Shown here piece by piece: positions 14,401 through 27,368 of a DNA stretch of 64,000 nucleotides (position 1 is its first letter; each line of letters begins with the position of its first letter). The notes beneath the pieces were generated by a model. It was not told where the DNA came from. It saw only the letters and a list, made by a program, of their open reading frames with translations, and did not search any database. Location of the stretch: the NCBI GenBank assembly GCA_002633005.1, contig NMRA01000040.1:513362-577361 (forward strand), written 5' to 3'. Position numbers and translations under genes: made by a program. The stretch is from Phoronis australis (taxonomy: Eukaryota; Animalia; Phoronida).

Positions 14401-16127
14401 CACAGTATCATCTTTACACTGTGTTTGGTTGGAGGGTTTGACAACAATTACTAGCTACTCAATTTAGCGTAAAGGCATTGTCGCGATAACTGGTCGCATG
14501 TCGTTAACAACTACCCTGTGCTACGATTATTTCACCCTTGTTCCGTACTATATTGGAGTAACTTGATTCACATCATGGTTTTCATAGTGTGATCTTTTGC
14601 CTGGGTTAGACTGCCTAGGGACAGTAGTCGAAGGTGTGATTATGGTTAACCATATCCCAGATAATTGCCACTTCAGTTGCAATTCAACTGATTGTTAAAG
14701 ACCGTATCACTGGGTGGCAGTGTGTTCAAAATGACACCTCTCTGGGCATCATGTGCACTAGTCATCAAATCATTCTGACATGAGTGGCAACAATGATAAT
14801 ATTGCCTCAGTCGGTGGTGATTGGCGATGTAATTGATGCCAATGAGACAATCAAAATGTCATCTCGCCTTGGGTTGCTAGGCCCTGACATACACCAAACA
14901 AATCCACAATCCTCAATCTTTACCCTCAAAACAATCATTCAACCACTGCTGGTAACTATGTAAATTGTCTATTAGTATAATGGGTTCTTCAGTTGGGGGC
15001 AACAATAACTACTCAATTTGCCATCAATAAAGGCTAACTCAAGTGCTGTGGGTACTGCAAGTTTCACAAGAATTTTGGACAACTACAGCAACACAGCGCA
15101 AATCATGCAAACCATCAAGTAAACTATTTTCTTTATGTCTGATTCTGCTTAGAAATTAGACATAATAAAGTTCATGTTCCTGGCCATGTTGTGGCCCAAT
15201 TGGAGAAATTTTCCCCTGGACTATTTTTTCTACTAAAGTATTGAAACAGTGTTGTAATTTATACCAAATACAGTTTCGGTAATTCTTAATGTATTCTGCA
15301 CAAACCTAATTGACAAAATTGTTATTTTTCTATATCTTCAAATGCTGATAACCTTACTGCTATAATAAAAACTTAGTCAAATGTTTTACGACATCCACAT
15401 TGTACAGACCAAGCTGATCTGCTTAAATTTAATTAATCCTTTATTTCGGTTGAGATATTTAACAAAATTCTTCTCTTCCATATCGTGTGCTAAACTGGTG
15501 AAGACCTAGCCTACTCACCTTGTGCTTTGAATCCAGCCATTCTGCATTTGTGATTTTGCTTTTCTCACAATTAACGTTCCAGATCAGGATTATCCTTAAA
15601 GAAATGCTTTGCCTCTGTTGTCAGCTGAGTGTGCATGAGAAATCCTGTTTACCACGCCCATAACTTGTTTCTAGACAGACAATCTCTACCGCGCATTCCA
15701 AAACCACCGAGGGAATTGACTTCCTTTGCAAACCTGTGCCTAGATTTATCCGTTAATTGCCAAGGTTAAGTTGTGCATTGTTAATTAATTTTACATGACC
15801 TGCCCCAGCCTCATCTATGCAGATTGCCCATGGACATGTTTCTAAAATTTTGCACAATTCACATTTCACATTCAGTCCTGACAGTTCTCCCTAAAGGTAC
15901 TGGAAAAGGTACTAATTTCACCAGAACAGCACTTGATTAATGTGGTAATTAGGTTTCAGTTCACTTTATTCAAGAACAGCTGGTTAAAATAACTAAATTT
16001 TAGAATCCTTAACCAACACCATTCCTCTGCAATAGACCTGATTTAGTTTGTGTGATTAGTAGTGTATCAGTGTAATGAACTCCTTATTGTTCTCAGAACC
16101 TACCAGCCTGCCACAACATCCGTATAA

Positions 16128-16535
16128 GCGGAAACGAGCTTGGGACAGGTGGAAACGAGCTTGTACAGGCGTAAACAAGCTTGTACAGGCGGAAAAAAAA
16201 CTTGGGACAGGCAGAAATTAGCTTGGGACAGGCGGAAACGAGATTAGAACTGGCAGAGATGGGCTTGGGACAGGCTGAGATATGCTTGGGATCGGTGAAA
16301 ACAAGCTTAGGACCGGCAGAAATGGGATTGGGACAGGCTGAGATATGCTTGGGATCGGTGAAAACGAGCTTAGGACAGGCAGAAATGGGATTGGGACAGG
16401 CAGGGATTTGCTTGGGATTGGTGATAATGAGCTGGGACAGGCAGAAATGAGCTTGGGATAGGCAGAAACTGACCCGGGACAGACAGAAATGGGCTTGCGA
16501 CAGGTGGGAAAAGGCTTGATATAGGCGGATATGGG
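16128..16535. repeat. 21-bp minisatellite, about 19 diverged copies
   Basis: Unit approximately gcttgggacaggcagaaatga. It explains the repetitive ORFs on both strands (LGQAEMG...). Confidence 0.92.
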
Positions 16536-17172
16536 CAATGGTTACAAAAAGGCCTCAAATACGACACTATTGACAGGTTTCGTACTGAAATTATACTGTA
16601 CAAGGTTGAGTTATTTCCCTTTCATTTTCTCGTTTTCAAGAGTGTACTTAGAACTACTTTGGTCTGTCAGGGTCTTCTCTTTGTAACATTGTTTTGATTC
16701 GTCTGTTTCCTCATCTTATGTTTTGTCCTCAATTTTTATGAATCATTTTTTTGAAATTCCATCTTTTGTTTTTTCTTTCAGATGCACATTTATTAGCAAT
16801 CCCACCTTGATATCAGTGCCACAATATGTCTCTTATCATTTGTTAACCACCCATCTAGAGGTAGCCCTGTATATCTCCTACCTGCTTAGTGCCGACCTCA
16901 TTTAGTGGCCTCCATTCTAACTCAATTATTAAAGAAGACAGGCTTTGTCAACTAGTAAAAGGATATATTTATATTTATTATTGTACGTTAATACCTTTTT
17001 AAGTTTAAATTAAGTCGATTTGCTGAAGCTGAGAAAACCCTGTTAAGTTTGAAGACGTCAATATAACCTATTCATGTATTAACCATGTTCGGTATTTCAA
17101 CGTTCAGTTGCAATGTCAACTGGATCACTAAAACATTAATTTTGTGACTGTCTCCAGTCTGACAAGCGGGTC

Positions 17173-17206
17173 AACTGTTGACCTACTTAGAAGTAGGTCA
17201 ACAGTT
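17173..17206. repeat. Perfect 16-bp hairpin with 2-nt loop
   Basis: aactgttgacctactt-ag-aagtaggtcaacagtt. Confidence 0.85.
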
Positions 17207-20200
17207 CATTGTTATACACACCACGAGTTGGGAGACTGATATGAAACCAAGTACGACATGGACAACAAAAAATGAGTCGATGGTTAAAGCGCGTCGTGAG
17301 CATGAGATCGAAACAGCGAAATGCCAAATTACCTATCAAATTAATGAATTTGGATGAGGATTTATCTCTTTTCACAACTTGCTGTGTTCGTGAACACAAA
17401 GTCACAGATGCGTGTCCGGCGATTCAGAGCATTTGTTCTCAACGGTTGTATGCATGCAGACACAGAGTTCCCTCAGGATCAAAACGTACACCTCGTTGAT
17501 TCAATATTATGGCGACTTGGTAAATGAAAGAACTGAGGGTACATACGGAGCTGCTCTCTTTACCTGGCGGGAGACTCGATTTGAGTGACAGCCTAATAAC
17601 CTTTGACGTCAGATAAGTTAGTAAACAAATTTCCACTAGGTTGCGTGGTTCCAAGGTGGTTCTGCTCAATCTTTTTGCTCTCTACACGGTATATATTTCA
17701 TATTTGAAAAACCCGAGAATGAAGATAAGTTATTTTGCTAAACATGTGTAAGATATTGTAACAACGTCCAATTTTTATGAATATGGTTTGAAATATCCTT
17801 AATGGAGAATTTTCACCTGAAAATTATGACGAATTTGTCTGTGGCTCTGTTTTGATCAATTAGCGCCGTCAGTCACGCATGTTCATTATTTCCAGCTAGT
17901 TTTCCATAGGCCCCATTTCCCAGATCAAAATAAGATTATTTTATTTCCTAAAAATTACTATTAATTTATAAAAGATGGTCATTTTGATTGCCACGTTGAA
18001 GTCAAATTACAATTCTTCCTTAACTGTCTTTAATGTCAGACAAAAACCTTGATTGTAGAGAAATTTCTTCTTGCAAAATCATAAATTGTGAAATAGTTCT
18101 GAAGTTGAAAGCTGAAGTTGAATAGACCTCCCTAAGTTAACATAGATTTACAGGTGCACCTTGAACATTCCTTACCTCGTGGGGGTCCACATGTTGTTAT
18201 CTGATGCAGCACTGCCTCTGGTGTTTTTTGCCTGGATTTGATAACACGTTACTTCCTTTCCTACTGTAAACAGAGTCTTATGTAGGACTGGTGGGCTTGG
18301 TCCCCAGATCTGGCAAATGTTATGAAACTTACTAGGTGGTTATAAGCCTTGTAGTGGATACCATAAAAGGGCTGATGCATCTCAATAGTTGATAGCGACT
18401 AATTCTTGCCAATTTCTTACAAAGGAAACCTATGCTTTGTTTTGGTGATCACGCTTAATTGATACGCATTGCAGCTACGAAGAAATTATAGACACGTGTC
18501 TTTAAGTTCAATCACGTTATTCCTGATTTTAATCTAGTTTAATACGTCAACAAGAGTAGCTTCCTCGATACTAATACTATTTTACCAAGGACCCTCCACA
18601 CATTCACGTCACACGTCGCACACTCATACTGAGACTAAGCACAGGAATGGTAGAGACAACTAGTGCAACACTTAAGGTAGAAATTCTTCAGTAAAAAAGG
18701 GACTGTGAAAAATTAATAATTTTTCTAAAGGTTGGAGCTTGTACACAAATTTAGAAATAGGAAATGTTTGCTGTCACAAAGTCAAATGATCATACTCTTC
18801 AATATTACATGCCATAAGGACGCATGAAGATGTTGCATCGGTAGCTATTTCCAACGATATTATGAACCGCCACGTCTTTTTTCATACGCAGTGTCCGATA
18901 GTTGAGATTTATGGTGAATGTCAAAATCGCCCATGCCCCATGTCTTCAGAATCGCAAAATTTGTATTTCAGCCGGAATTATCTTGTCCCAAATTTTAGAC
19001 TACCTAAGCTAGATAATTTTTAGTATAAAACTTTCCATACATGATATGAATTAACGGCCCCAGTGACAGTTTACAGTCTAATAAATCTGCATTATACTAT
19101 ACTTCTGGTAAAATCTCACCAGTTTCAAACAAAAGATATTTGTTGATTGTTTTTTCATTTTTCAAAACCTAATGATGTTGTGAACAGCCAAATTTTCTCA
19201 AAACGTCATATGGTAGCTACGCTGTAGAACTATACGCCAGCCATATTGTGTCCTAAATCAGTGAGATTTTGCCGTACCTGTGCCAAATACCACAAATCCT
19301 TGGCACGTGCTTGTAATCTATGGCTGACATACATAATGCAAAGCTGTGTGAAATTGCTTATCCAACTAATCCATATGTGTCTGTCCCATATGCACGTACT
19401 CCCGCGATTAAAACTGACAAGTTTTGCTCTGGAAATTATTATGTACCAATTACAGTTAACAAAGCTTTCCATGTTGGTCTATCGTAACCCGTTAATCTCC
19501 GACTTGGAATTGCATCCGAGCAGCAGCGAGAGACTTAAATCGACAGATTGTTCTGGTAGTCATGTTTAAGCTCTACCAGTTTTAGTTATTTCACCAGGCA
19601 TTCACATCATCACATGCCAGAAGGCAGATAAGTGGACTGATTCTCAATTTGAAAAAAATATGTCACCTGTTCTACCGTACTTAAACATCTTGGAAGTGTG
19701 CAAACGCCAATAAATGTGCAGGGAGCACACGGCAGCTGATGTTGGCTGTGTAGTGCAAGTGTACTTGCATCTGCACTAGCTTACGTGCACATTTGCCCGC
19801 CTTGTTAGCTGATGTTCTTCAGTGGGCTGTGACCATTTGTGGTTAAGACCAATTTAAAGCAGCAAGGACCTTATTCATGATGGCGACGCCTTTTTTCCAA
19901 ATTGATCCCTGTTTATTTCATTAGGTTGGGGACCTTTCAAATGTGTAGTAAGTGCTTACTGCCTGCCCCCAGATCAGAGGACAGATCTGCCTTCTTAACA
20001 TGAGAAGGCTACATACCAATGATGTGATTTGTGGTTAAGGTCTGCGTGGCCATGGTGATGTCACTCCCCAGGCAGTTGGCCAGAATATTAACATTTTGAA
20101 CTTAAGAAGTCTTATGCTAATTACTTTATAGTCGACATCTTCACGAATGTTGTATGCAGCTGATTTATTTCTGATCAAATGTGGTACCAGCTTGCTCATA

Positions 20201-21627
20201 CAAAATGCTTATCGGAATGCGGTTTCTGTGGTAGGATAGCAATAGTTGTGTCACACTTCCAGTCATGGTCCTGTCGATCAGCTTTGTTGATTTCAATGAA
20301 CTGTTGGGTTCATGAATTAAATAATTAAATTATTACCTTGTTAAATCTGGATATAATGGTTTAAGTTCAAGTAAAGTTGAACTGTCAAAATTGTCACTCA
20401 TGAAGCATTTTAGTAAATTGGAGGAAATCTATATTTTGATTGACCAGAAGCCAAAACTTGCGTTCTTGTTTTTGCTTCTGATATATCACGCGTGGCCTCT
20501 AATCATTTCTGTCGTTGCCCCTGGGCCGTTCTAAACTGTAGACCTATCCACCTCCAAACCCCCACATTTCACTGAAGACTTGTCCCTTATCATTAATTAT
20601 ATAATGACTCTTGTTTGTAGTCAATGAGTTGGCGTTATTTTTGGCAAGCTGCCCTCGCCATTCCGGCAGGTAAGGTGGTTTACATGGGCGGACAGCAAAT
20701 CTGCTAAAAATTCAATTTCTGTGTGTGTTTTTGTATTTAATTATTTTAATGCCTCCCCAAGTCAAGACCAACTGTGAATACAGGTTGTCTTAATTTTACT
20801 CGTTTAACAGAAAGTGTAATTGGTACAAGCGCCCTACCTTTATTTTAATAAGCAGTGCTATTGGTTGTAACTATGTTATTACTTTGGATAATTGAAGTGA
20901 TATTAATAATTTCAATCTAAGCGTATTACGGGGACGTTTCAAAAAGTTTAGATTTAAAGCTGTTATACGTGGAGCATCTATAGTTGCGATATGTTCGTGT
21001 CATTTTCCCCAGCTCAGGTTGCCCCAGGAACAAGATAATCTAGAGCTGTCCATGTGGACTGTTCTGTTTACCACCTTTGTGGGCTGAAACAGGTTTTGAG
21101 GCAGTGCCTTAGCAATGAATTTGCAAGAGCACTTGTTCATAGTAATGTGCCATGAACCAGACTAGTTTGGAATGCTGCATCATTCTGATGGCGCTAAAAA
21201 TAACACTGTAATTGAGATGTTTACCAGATAGACTTCCATTCAAGTTCACAGTTTTTGGAGATTTTCAACTGAATCTGGTTTGTTTATTGCCTTCGAACTT
21301 GTTGCTAGTTAACCTCAGGTGGGAGTTATATTGAGTAGGTTGTAGTCCAACTATCTCGTAGCCAGTGTTTTGACTGCTGGGAGTGGACGTTTATTTTGAC
21401 AGGCGCTCTTTGCAGATCTTAGTACCTGCATGTTTCAACATATATGCCAATTTTTCAGTTTTACACTGCATGGGGTGAACAGTGGGACTTTCAAAGGGAA
21501 GTTTCACGCCTATGTTTCAATGGTTTAAAGAAGCGGTGCCACAGTTATGATAATTATGTAGAAAATAAAACATGATATCCTCTGAGGACTAAGAGTGAGG
21601 GAGATGTTAGTAATTATAGTAAAACTA

Positions 21628-21718
21628 ATAATTTTAGTAAAACTAGATGTAGTTAGAACTAATTTTAGTAAAACTAGATGTAGTTAGAACTAATTTTAGT
21701 AAAACTAGATGTAGTTAG
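21628..21718. repeat. 31-bp tandem repeat, 3 copies
   Basis: taattttagtaaaactagatgtagttagaac repeated nearly perfectly. Confidence 0.9.
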
Positions 21719-24700
21719 TTTTGGATATCTACCTATTGGATATTATTGCTTTTGTGCAATATGATAGATATTACGAACATTTATATTTGAAGCCCAAGTT
21801 GAGAAGGTAAATAGTAAATTGTTATCGGATAAATTTTATCTTTGACATCAGTGAAAGTACTTTATTGTCTGACCATACCATAGAAGTGGTTGCATAATTT
21901 TATGCATTTTGCAATTCATTAGCAAAAGCAGATATCTCTTCCTAGGGCCACTGAATACTATTTCTCAGAAACAGCTTATGGAACGACCATAAAATTAGTG
22001 TAAATATGTACCTCTCTGTATTATCTTGCTAATTTCGTAAAGAAATGATTTCCAAATGACATTTTTCATTTTAAAGGCTATCGATGTCGTGAATGCCAAT
22101 AGTTTTTGAAAATTTTGTCTGAACTTGGACATGGTATAGCATTAATTTAATGTCAAATATCTTTTATGAAAAATTGAGGAATTGAAATGTTGTTCCCCAT
22201 ATTGTGTCTTAAATTGGATTAGAAGTAATTACTAAGCTTGGAAAGAACCATGTCAGTAATTCAGCTTTGACTAGCTCGTTTTTCTGTGTGTGAAAAGCAG
22301 TAGTGACTGGCAATAGCCCGGTTCGGTAACTGAATGTGAGGTTAGGTACTTCAAATGCGTAGATTGGGACTAGAAGAAATTTGAACAACTTAGATCGCCA
22401 CCTTTATGCCTCTAAAACAAACTGGTTGTTTTTGATCTTGAAAATGTGCTGGTTTCCTGTTTGAGCAACAGGGGGAGCTGACACCAGGTGTCTTGTGGCT
22501 TGAAGTTACCGTTACAGTCATTGCCTCCGAGCCATTCATTTCAGTCACCTGCAGATGCCATTTCAAGGTCATTCAGCAAGAGCTGTGTGGTCACTGTATC
22601 AACTTTTCAACACTAAAAGAATTCATGCTGGCCAAGTTCTTATTAGTTTAAAAATCGCAAGAGCTTGTTAATTTGTGGTCAATGGCCTGAACTCAATTTT
22701 ACCATGTGTGAAAAAAATAGGTTGTTGGCTGTCAGAAATGTGCAAACAGGTGCCGGCGATACTTGAAATAAGGAAAGATGGAATAAAGTTTATTAGAGAC
22801 AACCATCCTTATAGGTTTTCAATCTTCCTTGTTAATTATAATGGGATTTTCACTAGGTTAACCTCTCTTCAACTTTGTGAAAACCTAATTGTAAACTTTG
22901 CAAAATTTTCATTTGTCAAAGACTGATTACTGTAAAATCTAACTAATTTAGGACACAAGATGACCAACAAGTGAAATTTCATTTTATTTTTCCCACGAAA
23001 CATGTAGCACCAAATTAATGATTTTCCATGTTCAAGTTTTGAACCACAACTACCATAAAACAAAAGTTTCAAAAAATCGTGGGCATCCACAACAGTGTCT
23101 GAAGCCCTTGAAGAACAAAAGGGCATTTTTTTGCAATAATTTTTGTCTGAAATTGGGTGATATTTAATGGTACATGGTTTAAACATCTGTATTTTTACTA
23201 AAGTTTAATTTCATTTGTTACCTGGAAATCAAGCTGATGGTGAAGTTATTTTTTGTCAACTTTTATTTTTGTCTAGAAATATACTAAATTGAAGAGTGTC
23301 TTCTATGCGAAAGTTATTTTCTCATAGAGGCAATTCTTTCCTTCGCATCAGATAGACTTTGTATCTCATGAGAAAAGAATTGTCGGTGAGGAAGCTGTGT
23401 CATTCGTAATGAAGCAGCATTTTCTCTGAGGGCCTAACAATTTTATTGGTCTAACCAGTCTTGAAAAGCAGTCTTTAAATCAATTTTTACTTCTTTATTT
23501 TTGTAAAAAATGTTCATTTACGGGAAGTATGTAAGATAATAAGTGAACACTGACAAGTGAATCACGTCAAGCTATATATTTGCTAATTCTTCAACAATTT
23601 TGCTAACATTGTGGACAAGCAAAAACTTCAAATGTTGTTACAAAAATTATCAAAGTAATATTAAAGTTACTTTGTTTATGTTTAGCTTGTTTTTTATTGT
23701 GTAAATGTTATGAAGCAACATTTGACAGAATTTCCATTATTTGCAGCAAAATTTCACGCGTTTGAAAAATTGAAAATGGCAGTTATTTTTTGTGAAGAAT
23801 TATTGAATTCTAGCACGTTACAGTTTCCCTCCCCTGATCATATTGAATGATTTCACTTGTATAATATTTCACTATAGATGTTACCATCAACAGTCTTCTT
23901 ATGACGATGCGGAATCTCTTTTTGTGTCGCATTAGATGCGTTGGGAATAAATCAGCGTAACTCGAAACCTAATTCATTAATCTCGTGACCTTGTTTGCAA
24001 AATTGAAATATTTCAAGTGGGACCACACTCAAACATGGGCAAATACCCCGAGCCATTGACTGGTGAAGCTGCACTGAACAAATGTCAATATCCTTCAGTA
24101 TCTATTTTTTCTTGGGGCATAGATGTTTCTGCTTAAGAACTCTCGACAGTAATAAGGTATTTGCGATAAGTTAGCCCATTTTCTAATGCCTTGAAATTCA
24201 ATTGTCTGCGTGTTTTTTTGGCAGTAAACAAATCTCAACTGGAATGTCAGTTGTCCGGGTTGACCTAATTGACAAAAATATCGCATTACAGTTAAAACGT
24301 TTTCCAATTTAAGTAAATTAAATTGTACCCGGATTGCCAATAGGATTGAAAGTGTTGTTTTTAGCTATGTTTAGGTTGAATATAAATAAACAGGTAAAAA
24401 CTGCAATATGTTCAGAACAAACAATGAAAAAACAAAACAAAATGTTGCTCAATATACCTTACTGCATAGAGCACATTCAAAATTTCATTGACATGAGACA
24501 AGTCCTACGTTAACATTTGGGGTTTTGTCACCCAAGGCCTAAGCGAGCCTAAGCGAGTCTAAGCCAGACTGTGATTAACCCGTTCTAATCAATTCACACA
24601 TTAATGCTCGTGGCTTAGCCGCGATGCTGAAGAAAACCTGTTCGCTAGCTACTATTTACTTTTCAATTTTACAAACAGTCATGTTGGTCGTTTGCCTTAC

Positions 24701-25250
24701 TTATTGTTTGTTTTTTGACTTTGAAACTCATGCAGTAAATGGCTTGAAGATTTACGGCCGCAGTTATCCAACACATTCAGCCAAGCCCATGAATAGCACC
24801 TAGCTCATTTCAATCTGTGACGGCACCATCAAGCCTTTGGTGTGCCGGGTAATTCGCTAAATACTCTGGAGTAAACAGTGCACGCTTTCTCGATAACTTG
24901 CATGCAAATCCTGTTAGCATAAGATTTGCCTAATGAATTATATTTTTAATATTGTCCTATTACAAGTTTTGTAAAACCGTTAACCATTTTTCCTAATCTT
25001 ATGTTTGCGATAGTCATCTGGGTTACTCCCTTAGGCAATTAAATTAAGGAACTCCCAAATCAGGGGATGGATATTTAAAATGGGGTGGCCGCTTACTCAA
25101 ACAGTTGATTAGCTGAACATTCAGGGAGCGTTTAGCCGACATTTGTCTTCACGTGCTAGAGTCCAATTAAAGATTGTGGATTGTAACCAACGAATTGTAA
25201 CGTAGGCAGCAAAGTATGATCTACTAACACTGATTGTTACTCAAAGGTAT

Positions 25251-25553
25251 GTGAGTTACGGTACTATGCCAGTTACTTACGATACTATGCGAGTTACTTA
25301 CGGTACTATGCCAGTTACTTACGGTACTGTGCCAGTTACTTACGGTACTGTGCCAGTTACTTACGGTACTGTGCCAGTTACTTACGGTACTGTGCCATTT
25401 ACTTACGGTACTGTGCGAGTTACTTACGGTACTATGCGAGTTACTTGCGGTACTATGCGAGTTACTTGCGGTACTATGCCAGTTACTTGCGGTACTATGC
25501 CAGTTACTTGCGGTACTATGCCAGTTACTTACGGTACTATGCCAGTTACTTAC
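25251..25553. repeat. 21-bp minisatellite, about 14 copies
   Basis: Unit gttactta(t/g variants)cggtactatgcca. It explains the ORF (VTYGTMP)n. Confidence 0.95.
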
Positions 25554-27257
25554 TTTTTAAGAGCAAGAATTGTGATGAAAAGGGTGTTCACTAAGACACA
25601 GACACTGGTAATATAAATTGGGGGTGGGGAAGGTAAGCCAAGCATTGGCTCTGAAAAGTGAAATTCTGGAAATATCGGGTTGGGCGGTAAATCCAGCATG
25701 AGCGTAAGTTACTTTTTACAAGTATTGTGTTCAGTCAGCTAAATTTTACTCTGCTTGTGTTAGGCCAAAAAGAGGTACATAGGTTATGGTCTGTGCCCCA
25801 AGTCACATTGTAACCATCTGCATTTTAGTAACTTGTTCTTGATCTTTTTCTCAAAAGTCACACAATCGCTTGCTAGCTGGTTTTTAAACGATACGGTTTG
25901 TCAAGCCTTTGCTTTGTCAAGTGGTCGTCAAACGTCTAATAATTGTCAGTTCAGTTACTAAATTTATGCTATGACTTCTTAGTGACAAGCCTCAGCTTTG
26001 CAGCTGCTGGGATCACAGGGTAGATCATAACTAATAAACTTAGCAAGGTTTCGGTGAAATGAGGCCATACGTGTTGTCCAGGAATTAGTTCTAATCTATT
26101 TCTTTATATCCATTTGCAGTTTTCTGATTTGGATAGTTTCAGTAATATGCAGTAAAATCTCACAAATTTTGGACGAAATTCATTTCCAAATTTGACCTCT
26201 TCTTTTTTCAAAGGCTTCAATGTCATGACTGCTCAGGTCGTCACTGCACGCAACATTGCCTGATGGTGTAGAACTTCAATATGATAAAGCATTTATTTGG
26301 TGCTATGAAGAAAGTTATTTCTCCGCCACGTTATGTCCTGAACTGGGGAGATTTTACTGTATTGCTGTTTAAACAGCTTAATTTTTAAATTTCAGCATAA
26401 TTTGGTAGTATAGCTGAGCTAATTGGGATAAATTGATTCAAAGTAAATGGAGTCAGAACTTCAGTGTGAAAGGGGTATTATTGATGTTATACCATCAAAA
26501 CTGCCAAAGCTATTCGTTATCTTTCGCACCCCATCAGGACTTCTGTAGACAGTAACAGCTTTTTACTGATACTAAAACGGTGTTTGACTTCAAGAAGGAA
26601 ACAACTTCAGATTAGTCAGGTACAAGTTGTATTGGTTTATGCAGACAATTGAATTGTGGATACCTATTTGATTAGATGATTTCATTAAAAGGTTTGGTCA
26701 TGGCCATGAGTTTGAAGGAAAAGGTATATTTTTGCCATCAAATGTAATAGTTTCCATAAGGAATTAAAAATACACTTCTATTAAATGAACAGTTCTGAAA
26801 ATTTCCCTTTTCGACTTTACTTCTGGTCCCAAGAGAGCATTTGTTATTCAAAAGTTTTATTTTGTTATCAAAAACGCAACTTTAAGACCCATTGCTCTGG
26901 CTGACTTTTCTTTTCTAAACAGTCACCAAGTCAATGCCAACATCAGTCATCATTCACTTAGTACAAAATGGTCCTGATGCAATCTCACAATGGTTAGGGT
27001 CTATGAACATGCTATTATCGCCAATTTGAGTAGGCTGGTCCATCAAAAGAGCGAAAAAGTGAAAACAGACCTCTTGATTTGTTAAGAAACTCGGTTTTGT
27101 TAATGGCACTGGCTTAGTGGGTGTGAAATCATATTGTCCACAGAGCAAAGTTGTGTGGTTTGCTCAAGAATTTCGACAGTCCCGGGTAGGTGAGTTGGGC
27201 TATTTGGGACAGTCTGTCAGAACAAAATTTCATTATACGTTTCTCCTACTTTTTCAG

Positions 27258-27368
27258 CTCGCCGAGCCCGTACAAAGTTGGAGTCCCCGGACGTGTTGTC
27301 CTGGTTGCAGAAAACACCCGCCAGGTCACGTGGGTCTACGCACTTCTTCAGGTCATTACACGATAAAG
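27258..27368 (+). CDS. MICU3: MICU2/3-family internal coding exon, phase 1 to 1
   Basis: Acceptor ctactttttcag, donor AAG/gtaaac, 111 nt. Translates (P)RRARTKLESPDVLSWLQKTPARSRGSTHFFRSLHDK(G), matching MICU2/3 TPxxxxGSxxxFRxLxxKG. Phase fits both neighbours. Confidence 0.93.

Noticed and set aside
16181-16603. Repetitive ORFs on both strands (LGQAEMG / PIPS)
   Set aside because: By-products of a stop-poor 21-bp minisatellite.
25251-25616. 121-aa ORF (VTYGTMP)n
   Set aside because: It is the translation of a 21-bp minisatellite inside a MICU intron. The start is not ATG and no splice context supports it.
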